64,000 nucleotides of DNA from the IMG/VR virus record IMGVR_UViG_3300027971_000050. One strand, written 5' to 3'. This document shows, one piece after another, positions 9,502 to 17,449 of this stretch (the first letter of the stretch is position 1; the number at the start of each line of letters is the position of its first letter). The notes beneath the pieces were generated by a model. The model was given only the letters and a program-made list of their open reading frames with translations, was not told the origin of the DNA and searched no databases. Origin of the DNA: an uncultured virus (IMG/VR IMGVR_UViG_3300027971_000050). Lineage: Duplodnaviria; Heunggongvirae; Uroviricota; Caudoviricetes. Position numbers and translations under genes: made by a program.

Positions 9502-9939
9502 TTAAGCGCGGGTTAAGCCACGGGGATCATCCACAACAGCATCCACTTGGTCATCATTGATGAGGCGGAACTCTTTGCCGTAAATCTTGAATCGCGTACC
9601 AGAATAGGTACGTACGAGTATGAAGTCACCTTCCTTGCACCACGCACCTGCGGGGAACTTGGTGGAGTCTTTATACGCGTCGGGGCCAACTTTCAATACA
9701 AACAACACCGTGGTGGCGTGCTCTTCTTGACGCATGGTGGCTGTGTCGCGCACAAGGTCTAGCTCCGTACCAGCAATCTTTTCAGACACTGGGGGAACTG
9801 CGCACAATATTTTCCATCCCGTAGGAGTAGGAAGCAGTGTGGCTTTTTCATTGTCCGTTGCGTCTTTGGGAGGCGCGTCTAGTTGTATAACTGCATCAGG
9901 CAGGGCGTACTGCCCCGGTTCAAGAAGTATTTCACTCAT
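9502..9939 (-). CDS. groES: Phage GroES/Cpn10-like co-chaperonin
   Basis: PTGWKIL...VLKVGPDAY...CKEGDFIL..YSGTRF...EFRLINDDQVDAVV fits Cpn10; probable start MSEILLEPG at 9939. Confidence 0.8.
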   Translation of the reverse strand: MSEILLEPGQYALPDAVIQLDAPPKDATDNEKATLLPTPTGWKILCAVPPVSEKIAGTELDLVRDTATMRQEEHATTVLFVLKVGPDAYKDSTKFPAGAWCKEGDFILVRTYSGTRFKIYGKEFRLINDDQVDAVVDDPRGLTRA

Positions 9940-10126
9940 TGGATTTTTCCACTTTCTCAGCAAGGTCAAGGAGATGGCGCTCTGCGATGGCTAGACCCTG
10001 AATAGTCCCGCAAAGTTTTTGATACTCTTCAAAAGTGCGACATGCCCCACCAGCGCAATCATCTGCATAATTGTTCATGTCGGTGCGTAATTTTTCGCGC
10101 AATACGCGTGCGAAGTCTTGGATCAT
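9932..10126 (-). CDS. Small conserved head-module protein
   Basis: FEEYQKLCGTIQGL motif; overlaps both neighbours. Confidence 0.65.
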   Translation of the reverse strand: MIQDFARVLREKLRTDMNNYADDCAGGACRTFEEYQKLCGTIQGLAIAERHLLDLAEKVEKSNE

Positions 10127-12576
10127 TTAGTTGGTTTCTCCCTTTGTTGGTCGTTCTTGTGTTGCACAGCTTGTTTAATCAAGTCCATGCCCATTTGCTG
10201 ACGCTGGCGCTTGAGCGAACCAGCTTCAGACATTGCACTGTTTTGTTCCGCGTGCTTTTGCGACTTAAGTTGACCAGCCTTGGCCATTGCATCAACTTGA
10301 AGTTTTTTGTTCTCTATGCTGAGCTTGCCTTCGATTTCTTGTTTCTTAAGCGCCAGCTCTTGCATTCTGATTTGCAAGTCTTGCTGTTGCATTTGAAGCA
10401 CAGGGTCTTGAGCTTGTTGTTGAGCTTGTTGTTGAGCCGCTTGCTGTTGGTTTTGCTGAAGCACTTGCTGAGCGGCTTGCGCCATCATTGCTGACAACTG
10501 AATTTCTATCTCTGGTGGCAACTTCTCATCTTCAGGCGGCAGCGGCATACCCATCTGTTGTTCAATCTTCTGGCGATAGGCAAAGCCTACGTGCTCTGCA
10601 ACGTGAGCCATCATTGCCGCTTGGATCTGCGGAGCTTTAGGGTTCTGGCCAACCAACTGCATGACTATCGGGTCTTGCATTGCCATCATGTGCACTTGTA
10701 TATGTGACTGGTGGTCTTGGTAGAAGAACGCTTTGAGTGGCTCCAAGCGCAGGGCCGCCATGTTCTCAGACACAGGATCTTTTGGTTTCTGGTCATCCGG
10801 CAAAGGCACAAGCTTGTCAGCATCCTTGATACCCAACACCGCCAACATTTGCCTGTGAAGCTGTGGCAAGTCGTAAATATCTGGAGCCATCTGCGCCATC
10901 TGGATCACAGCTTGGTACTGCACAACGCGTTGACTCATAGTCGCTGCGTTTGGATCGCTCACAGGGATGATGTCTACGTGGTCGTAGTCTTCTTTCTTGG
11001 CCTTGCGGGTGGCTTCAACCGGATCGTAGTCATAGTCAGGGTCGGTGTAGTCGCGGATGATCGCGGCCAACAGACGCAGTTCTTGTTTGAATGTGTAGTG
11101 CAGACGGGCTTGTACCGCTGACATAACTTTTAGCTGGCGCTCCAAGAGAGCGAGTGTCGTACCCACAGGGGCTTGGGCAGACATGTCTGACACCTTCATG
11201 TCAGCAGTGGCGGCAAACCTACGGCCTTCATCCACGATCTTGTCCATCAACCCAGACAAGACAAGGCTTGGTTCTTTATATGGCAGTGGCAGGATGCTGT
11301 CGCGCAACGCACCAGAGCCAATATCTACATCGCGCCATTCTCCGGGTGCAATCGGTGTGTCGTCTCCCTTGATGCGCATGCCACGGGATTTGAGTCCCCC
11401 GGGAAGATTTGAGAGCGTACCCGCGTCGATAAGCTGGCGCATGAGGCTGGTAGCAGATTTGGCATACCCCCCAATGAGATGGAAAAGGCCAAAGCCGTAC
11501 GCTCCAAAACCCGGGATGTATTGATAGTGAACAAAGTGTTGTCGTTTAAGCTCAAGTGGATCGTCCTGTTCCCAGTTTCTACGGATGGCCAGAACAGCGT
11601 CCGTGCCTTTTATTAGGGTAACTACGTATGGCCTTGTGATTCCTGTTGGCTCTCCGTCGTCACCTTTGTCTTCATCGCCCTTTAGCACCAAGTCAACATG
11701 GCACTCATACAGCGTGTATCTGTCGTCGTTCAGATCAGAAAAACCTGTTTCTTTGTCTTTGGCTTTCTTGATGTTGTCTTGTTCTTTGGTCGGGTCAGGC
11801 AACTCAATGTCACGATAGAAACCTGCTTGTTGTAGCTTGACAATCTCGTTTTTTGTCTTGCGCATGACGTGCGTCAGGCGGTAGCAGGTATCTAAATCAG
11901 ACGTGCCATATGGCAGGAGGATGTCCTCTGCCGGTACAAATATTGAAATCTGACGGCCAATGTTGGGGTCGTAGTATACCTTCTTGAACGCTGAACCTGT
12001 AGCCGGGAGGCTCCACAACATGCGCTCATGCTCAGGGCGGAACTCGCGCATGACTTCTGTCAGCTCGTAGTTCATGTCTTCTTCAACACGCCCAGCAGCT
12101 TCTTGTTTCTCAAGGGTTTCTTTACCCAGAATTTTTGTACGTACAGGCCCTTGCGCTGGGAATGTCTCGGTGATTGTCTCTGACTGGAAGCGCACCACAG
12201 CCTCGGTAATCATAGGGTGGAACACGCCCGACGCACCGTTCCACGGTTCAGTGCGCTCCTCATACTGGAGGCCAAGGAGTTTGAGTCCTTCCGTGTACGC
12301 CTTCTCCCAGTCCTTGCGTGATTGCTTGTCTTGGTCAATGTCGCCTTCTAGTTCAGATGCCATTGACATGATGTCATCTTCTTCCAGTGTCTCGGCTAAG
12401 TTCTCGTCAAAGGTGTCGTCCTTACCTTTACCAATACTGATCTCCAAGTCGCCTGCGTGGATGTTTACCGCTTCAGGATCAACAATTTCAATCTCAATGG
12501 GTTCCTCATCCTGCGCCATTGACTCCATACCTTGTGGTTGTTGGAACAGAGCTTTGTCTATATTGGTGGCCATCAT
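10123..12576 (-). CDS. Portal protein (P22-like, with Q-rich C-terminal barrel)
   Basis: 817 aa directly after the terminase; GSAFKKVYYD and PGFGAYGFGL motifs; helical Q-rich tail. Confidence 0.85.
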   Translation of the reverse strand: MMATNIDKALFQQPQGMESMAQDEEPIEIEIVDPEAVNIHAGDLEISIGKGKDDTFDENLAETLEEDDIMSMASELEGDIDQDKQSRKDWEKAYTEGLKLLGLQYEERTEPWNGASGVFHPMITEAVVRFQSETITETFPAQGPVRTKILGKETLEKQEAAGRVEEDMNYELTEVMREFRPEHERMLWSLPATGSAFKKVYYDPNIGRQISIFVPAEDILLPYGTSDLDTCYRLTHVMRKTKNEIVKLQQAGFYRDIELPDPTKEQDNIKKAKDKETGFSDLNDDRYTLYECHVDLVLKGDEDKGDDGEPTGITRPYVVTLIKGTDAVLAIRRNWEQDDPLELKRQHFVHYQYIPGFGAYGFGLFHLIGGYAKSATSLMRQLIDAGTLSNLPGGLKSRGMRIKGDDTPIAPGEWRDVDIGSGALRDSILPLPYKEPSLVLSGLMDKIVDEGRRFAATADMKVSDMSAQAPVGTTLALLERQLKVMSAVQARLHYTFKQELRLLAAIIRDYTDPDYDYDPVEATRKAKKEDYDHVDIIPVSDPNAATMSQRVVQYQAVIQMAQMAPDIYDLPQLHRQMLAVLGIKDADKLVPLPDDQKPKDPVSENMAALRLEPLKAFFYQDHQSHIQVHMMAMQDPIVMQLVGQNPKAPQIQAAMMAHVAEHVGFAYRQKIEQQMGMPLPPEDEKLPPEIEIQLSAMMAQAAQQVLQQNQQQAAQQQAQQQAQDPVLQMQQQDLQIRMQELALKKQEIEGKLSIENKKLQVDAMAKAGQLKSQKHAEQNSAMSEAGSLKRQRQQMGMDLIKQAVQHKNDQQREKPTK

Positions 12577-12582
12577 TTATCC

Positions 12583-14121
12583 TTAGTAGTACGCCGCAGA
12601 CCGGCGTTTGAAAAATCGGGGTTCATCTGGTTCATCCGTGTCAATACGGATAAAACCACCTTGTCTGACTCGCAGCAGTGCTTGGGTGGTCGTGTCAACA
12701 TAGTCATCGTTCTCTCCCACAGGGAAAGACGCAACCTCTTCTATCACTTCGCGTGCCCAGCGTGTGTCAGGTGCCCACACCAGACCAGATGTAAACATGT
12801 CGGCTACGGCGTTGACACGCACCATCTTATCGTTTCCACGGCTCGGTGTAAATTCCTGCACGGGGATGCCCATGTTGCGTAACTCTTGGATCAGTGGCCC
12901 ACCAGCGGCTTTCTTCTCCACAATGAACGCATCAGGCTCCCACTCTTTGTAATGTTTCAAAGCAATAGTTTTAAGTTCTGGAAATGGCATCCTGTCTTTA
13001 AAACCATCCAACAAGATTACTTGCGCCGCGTTGTTCTCTTCCTCGTTGTAGAACACACCCCACGTTGTGCACGCGCTGTAGTCAGATGTGCTCTTGGTCT
13101 CGTGCGCCGTATCCCAGCTCTGGATTATGTACTCACAGTCTGGTGGTGTATCGCTTGGCCAGATGCGCCAGTGCTTTCTGGCAATGATTGCTGAGTTGTC
13201 CGAGGTAGGCTGCTGCATGTACTGGGCGTTCCAGTACTTGGGATCCATTGCAGACTTGGCACTTAGTAAAGACTCCAGCGGCCACTGCTCTGGCCAGAGC
13301 GACTTCTCGTTGTCCGTTCCTTCATGCAGGATGGCTGGTAGCTCTACGATCTCCCATGTGGGGGAGTCTGGGTTCTTTACTTGGTAGTCGATCAAACGTC
13401 CGGTCAAGTCCAGCTTACCCCAACGCGTCATGATGACAATGATCGCACCGCCCGGCATCAAACGCTGGAGTGGGCCTGTTTGAAACCAACTCCACGCTGT
13501 ATCAAACGCCAGTCGGCTGTTTGCCTTTACGTCTTGTTCTGAGTGTGGGTCGTCGATAACGAATAAATCAGCGCCGCGACCGGCAAGAGCACCACCAACA
13601 CCAGCAGCGTAATACTGGCCCCCAGCAGCAGTACTCCACTTTCCAGCAGCCTTCTGGTCATCTGCAATAAGAGTTTGAGGAAATAGTTCATGGTATTGTT
13701 CATCATCCAGTAAGTTACGAACCCGACGACCAAAGTCTTCGGACAGGGAAGCTGTGTGCGTTCCCATGATGATCTTCTTATTAGGGAAATTACCTAGAAA
13801 ATATGCGGGGAACAGATAGCTGGAAAACTCAGACTTACCCATACGCGGCGCAATATTGATAATTACTCTCTTCTTTTCTCCTCTGATTACCGCATCGAAG
13901 ATGCGTGCCAGCTTCCTATGATGCGGCCCAACTTTGAATCCGGGGTATACATGCTTGGCAAACTCCAGCATGTTGGTGCGTCCAGACACCAGCTTATATC
14001 TCTTCTCCCGTTCTTCTAACATATCCATGAGTTCAATCTTTTCCTTGAGACTCATAGTGGGGAGGGCACGTTGAATTGCCTGTATTTCCCCAGTGTTTAA
14101 CGTTAGACTTTCAAGATTCAT
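12583..14121 (-). CDS. terL: Terminase large subunit
   Basis: Walker A-like APRMGKS, Walker B FVIDD, MTRW, nuclease SWDTA and DDYVD motifs. Confidence 0.95.
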   Translation of the reverse strand: MNLESLTLNTGEIQAIQRALPTMSLKEKIELMDMLEEREKRYKLVSGRTNMLEFAKHVYPGFKVGPHHRKLARIFDAVIRGEKKRVIINIAPRMGKSEFSSYLFPAYFLGNFPNKKIIMGTHTASLSEDFGRRVRNLLDDEQYHELFPQTLIADDQKAAGKWSTAAGGQYYAAGVGGALAGRGADLFVIDDPHSEQDVKANSRLAFDTAWSWFQTGPLQRLMPGGAIIVIMTRWGKLDLTGRLIDYQVKNPDSPTWEIVELPAILHEGTDNEKSLWPEQWPLESLLSAKSAMDPKYWNAQYMQQPTSDNSAIIARKHWRIWPSDTPPDCEYIIQSWDTAHETKSTSDYSACTTWGVFYNEEENNAAQVILLDGFKDRMPFPELKTIALKHYKEWEPDAFIVEKKAAGGPLIQELRNMGIPVQEFTPSRGNDKMVRVNAVADMFTSGLVWAPDTRWAREVIEEVASFPVGENDDYVDTTTQALLRVRQGGFIRIDTDEPDEPRFFKRRSAAYY

Positions 14122-14710
14122 CTGGGGTAGCCGGTAAGGGGTTGCTTACTTCTATGTCTTCAATTGGTTCAGCGTCGGTCACGTTCATGAACTTGGCGAG
14201 CTTGTCCTTGAGCTTCTTGTCGATTTCTTCGTCGGTCAGGTCTGTTTTTTTGACTTCAATCTTGTCGGTGAACAATCCAACTTCCGTGACCTTGCCCAAC
14301 AATCCCAACGCTTTTAGTCGGATATTGGCGTTGGGGTTTTCGCATTCTTCCAACAGTTTGGCCACTGTGTAGCCACGTAGCTCTCTAGCCTGATGCACAA
14401 ATTCCCAGTCATACGCTGTCAGCATACCCACCAGATGTTGCACTGCAACAGGCGTTTTGATCTGGGTTAGATGTTCGTGCGTGATTTCTGCTGGCGCGGA
14501 AGAGATGAGGTTTGTAAAAGATGCGCGTGCCGCTTGGACTTCTGCTTGAGTGACCACTGTATCTGTGTCAGCCGCACCCAACCCTTTCAGCCACTCGGTT
14601 GTATTAACCTTGGCGTCGATCACATCCGCCGGATGTTCTTTTTCAAGCGGCGTAGGTTTACCGGAGTAATCAATTACTTCGGGTTCAAATTCAATTAAGT
14701 GTTCTAGCAT
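14111..14710 (-). CDS. Putative terminase small subunit
   Basis: First gene of the late operon, overlapping terL; RLKALGLLGK..VGLF helical motif. Confidence 0.6.
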   Translation of the reverse strand: MLEHLIEFEPEVIDYSGKPTPLEKEHPADVIDAKVNTTEWLKGLGAADTDTVVTQAEVQAARASFTNLISSAPAEITHEHLTQIKTPVAVQHLVGMLTAYDWEFVHQARELRGYTVAKLLEECENPNANIRLKALGLLGKVTEVGLFTDKIEVKKTDLTDEEIDKKLKDKLAKFMNVTDAEPIEDIEVSNPLPATPDES

Positions 14711-14725
14711 CAGCGCATAAGTCCC

Positions 14726-14754
14726 TTGTACCTGCGATGCGCGGAGTGTATACT
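14726..14754 (+). promoter_or_regulatory. Sigma70-like promoter TTGTAC-N17-TATACT driving the putative sRNA
   Basis: TTGTAC at 14726-14731, 17-nt spacer, TATACT at 14749-14754. Confidence 0.7.
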
Positions 14755-14760
14755 ACTTTT

Positions 14761-14879
14761 AAGTGATGCGGCAAGTTGCGAATTGGCCTTTGGCCAACCG
14801 CAACAGCAGTTGCCGGTTGCTTCTCCTCGGTTGTTGGTTCGACCGTTCAGCCCCTGTCAGAAATGCCGGGGGTTTTTTT
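14761..14879 (+). ncRNA. Putative anti-Shine-Dalgarno small RNA with three hairpins and an exposed seed GUUGCUUCUCCU
   Basis: Upstream promoter; hairpin 1 at 14769-14815; unpaired 14816-14827; hairpin 2 at 14828-14845; GAAA-loop terminator hairpin plus T7 at 14849-14879; no credible ORF. Confidence 0.7.
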
Positions 14880-14887
14880 ATGGATTG

Positions 14888-14905
14888 TTGTCCAGTGTTG
14901 GACAA
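14888..14905. promoter_or_regulatory. Operator-like palindrome TTGTCCA-GTGT-TGGACAA
   Basis: 7-bp inverted arms; related sites at 23299 and 31930. Confidence 0.55.
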
Positions 14906-15102
14906 GAGATTTTATAATTTTTTATAAAAATTTATGGGGGTGGTATTAAGTATTACAAAAGTGCTGAGAATGGGTGGGGAATAGTGTTCACACAACTAGC
15001 TACCCGTTAACACATATATGGGTGATGCCCCCATGGTGGGGTCGAAAGTTCTCGGATATTCACGCTTCGAGACAGCTATGCGAACCATCTGCTTACCCCT
15101 CA

Positions 15103-15111
15103 TGGTAAAAT
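15103..15111 (+). promoter_or_regulatory. Extended -10 promoter (TG-G-TAAAAT) for the first early gene
   Basis: TGGTAAAAT followed by a 10-bp 5' hairpin (15120-15142) and the RBS at 15174. Confidence 0.45.
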
Positions 15112-15185
15112 AGCATCAGCGGTTGGGAAAGGTTCTCAGCCGTACAACCCAGAGAGAATTTCTCTCTCACACTAGGAGAAGCAAC

Positions 15186-15644
15186 ATGAACGTGAAAGCA
15201 AACACAACCCTGTCATTCGATGAGTTCGCTAAGTCAGTTGGTAAGTTCGGCAAAGAATTGCAACAGTCAGCTAAGCCATTGGCTGACGCATACGCAAAGG
15301 CTACGCCTGAGCAACAGAAAGACCTTCGTGCTCGTTGGATGCTCAATCACCTTATCGGGCAAGGCTACACCAATGCCAAAGCCATCATCGAGACGGGCAA
15401 AGGCAAAGGCGCTAAGCCTGACCATGTCAAAGCCATTGACAGAGCATCATCTGACTTTACCTACAACATCAAGCAAGGCAAGTCAAAGCCACTGCCTGAG
15501 TCTGATGCTCGCAAGGTTCGCATACCTACTGACCGCAAGGATTACCTGTTCGCTGTGCTTGATGAGTGCTATGACGCTAAGTCACGCAAGCAACAGATTG
15601 ACATGGCTATCGCTGACTTGCGTGCTCTCAAAGCTCGCCTGTAA
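15186..15644 (+). CDS. First early gene; basic protein of unknown function
   Basis: Start MNVKANTT after RBS AGGAGAAGCAAC; flanked by palindrome copies 1 and 2. Confidence 0.8.
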   Translation: MNVKANTTLSFDEFAKSVGKFGKELQQSAKPLADAYAKATPEQQKDLRARWMLNHLIGQGYTNAKAIIETGKGKGAKPDHVKAIDRASSDFTYNIKQGKSKPLPESDARKVRIPTDRKDYLFAVLDECYDAKSRKQQIDMAIADLRALKARL

Positions 15645-15671
15645 CCCAGAGAGAATTTCTCTCTCGAATCT

Positions 15672-15700
15672 GACAGCGCCCTTGTGGCGCTGTTTCTTTT
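15672..15700 (+). terminator. Putative intrinsic terminator
   Basis: ACAGCGCC-cttgt-GGCGCTGT followed by TTCTTTT. Confidence 0.55.
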
Positions 15701-15733
15701 CCTGTCCAACCAAAACCAAACGGAGATTTATCC

Positions 15734-15934
15734 ATGAAATTCGCATTCATTCCAAAAGGCATTTACAAAATCGGGCAAATCATTGAAGTGCATGGTAAGC
15801 CCATGCGTGTTGAAAGCTATAGCCACACTGGCAAAAACGTAACTGTTACCACTTGTGATTGGGCAACAACCCGAGACTTCCCGCAAAAGTTTGAACGCAT
15901 CCTATGTATCTGTACTGATGCACCATCAATCTAA
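15734..15934 (+). CDS. Hypothetical early protein
   Basis: GGAG RBS; 66 aa. Confidence 0.65.
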   Translation: MKFAFIPKGIYKIGQIIEVHGKPMRVESYSHTGKNVTVTTCDWATTRDFPQKFERILCICTDAPSI

Positions 15935-16000
15935 GGAAACTCTGCAAGCTCATGCACTGCGTGGGTTTGCGGGGCAATCCTGCCCGTAAGGAGAATAATC

Positions 16001-16237
16001 ATGCGTAACAACAAGTATCGTGCCTTTTTCACAGTCGCCCAAGTCACAACACCCAAAGGCTTGCTCGTGGTTCAAGACTACTACCCAACCAAAGGCAGTA
16101 GCAAAAGATGGCGTGAATACGTCATCCATCTCGCAGGTATCATCGGCGGTGAAAGCTATGCGTTCACTACACCTGAAGCTCGTAACACATGGGTTCAAGC
16201 TCAAGGCGCACCAGTGCAACAAGCCTTGCCGTTCTGA
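16001..16237 (+). CDS. Hypothetical early protein
   Basis: AGGAGAATAATC-ATG RBS; 78 aa. Confidence 0.7.
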   Translation: MRNNKYRAFFTVAQVTTPKGLLVVQDYYPTKGSSKRWREYVIHLAGIIGGESYAFTTPEARNTWVQAQGAPVQQALPF

Positions 16238-16258
16238 CTCAGAGAGAATTTCTCTCTC

Positions 16259-16634
16259 AGTGGGTAAAATGATGCAAAAAAGTGTTGGAATCTTAGCTTC
16301 CGTGATTTATCCCAGTGTGTTGAATCTGGTACAGCGTTTCAACCAGCAACGGCGGGGATTTTGGCTAGCACTGTCCTATCTATCTATCTTTATAAATATA
16401 TATTTATATATAGAAGGCTTTTATTTTATGTGCGTGTCTTGTCCCCGCCCTTCCCGTCTGTTTTGTTTTGGTTTGTTTGGCTTAGGCTATTGAAGACTTT
16501 ATTTTTGATAGATAGTTGGACATTCACAAACAAAACTCAACAACCATGCGGGCTAGCGACTGTCCCAAATTCTGCACACCCTGTTATAATGCTGGACACT
16601 ATCCACTTTTTTCATTTCGAAAGGACATAATCAC
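16259..16634. other. Non-coding AT-rich region, candidate replication origin; extended -10 TGTTATAAT at 16582-16590
   Basis: AT palindrome TATAAATATATATTTATA, inverted TGTCC..TATCTATC / GATAGATAG..GGACA arms, several TGTCC boxes. Confidence 0.4.
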
Positions 16635-17348
16635 ATGGGTTACAAGTACGAACACCTCATGCGGCTCACATCAAACGAGCTTCACAACCACTGCGAACGG
16701 CTACTAAAGAAGGGCATCAACCCCCTGCTTGTGGCTGACATCAAGAGCACAGTGCTCGAAAACAAAGCGCATCGCAAGTCCATGCGAGCACATGGCAAAC
16801 AGCTACGCAATCAGTGGCGTGTCATTATGTCCCCTTTGATGGCGGAGAAGAAAGCCGTGCGGTCTCTGTTGCTGTACAAAAACTCGCTGTCACATGAGGA
16901 ACGCAAGACAGCACTTGAGGGCTACATGGTTGTGATTGAAAAAGTAGAAGCAAAACTCAGGGAGATTATGACAACATCTCCTGCACCGAAAACACCGCCA
17001 CTGACACCGATGCAATACGACAGCACAAAGAAGCACTGGACTGACTATGTGCCACAGCACATCAAGGACAGGGTGTGTAGTTTGTTTGATGCGATACCGC
17101 ATCACCCACGTCAGAAGGTCAAGCATCCATTCCCTCGCACCATGCCAGAGGAACAACACGCCAAGCTCAAGGCGCGACTCATACAGCGTACTGAGAAAGA
17201 CCTACGCCGAGCCAAGCAGGATGCACTACTCAACCCAGAGAACGAGGAGATACAAGCCCTTGTCAAACGAATTACAGATGCGCTTGTCTTTATCGACAAG
17301 CTCGAACCGAACGAACCTGTGCCGACAACGTGGCACGGACTACTATAA
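16635..17348 (+). CDS. Hypothetical basic helical protein (237 aa)
   Basis: AAGGA RBS and an upstream extended -10. Confidence 0.75.
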   Translation: MGYKYEHLMRLTSNELHNHCERLLKKGINPLLVADIKSTVLENKAHRKSMRAHGKQLRNQWRVIMSPLMAEKKAVRSLLLYKNSLSHEERKTALEGYMVVIEKVEAKLREIMTTSPAPKTPPLTPMQYDSTKKHWTDYVPQHIKDRVCSLFDAIPHHPRQKVKHPFPRTMPEEQHAKLKARLIQRTEKDLRRAKQDALLNPENEEIQALVKRITDALVFIDKLEPNEPVPTTWHGLL

Positions 17349-17449
17349 ACATTTCTTTTTTTCGAGAGAGAAATTCTCTCTCACTGGTCTGCGGAGATTG
17401 GGCTATGCCGCTGACCATCCCGATAGTAGCCTGAACAAAGGAGAGCAAC

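Noticed and set aside
14726..14917. 63-aa plus-strand ORF
   Set aside because: TTG start coincides with the -35 box, there is no RBS, and it runs through a terminator; better explained as ncRNA.
16020..16707. ORFs 16020-16493, 16361-16630 and 16516-16707
   Set aside because: No RBS, low-complexity translation, and overlap with better-supported genes or the AT-rich non-coding region.
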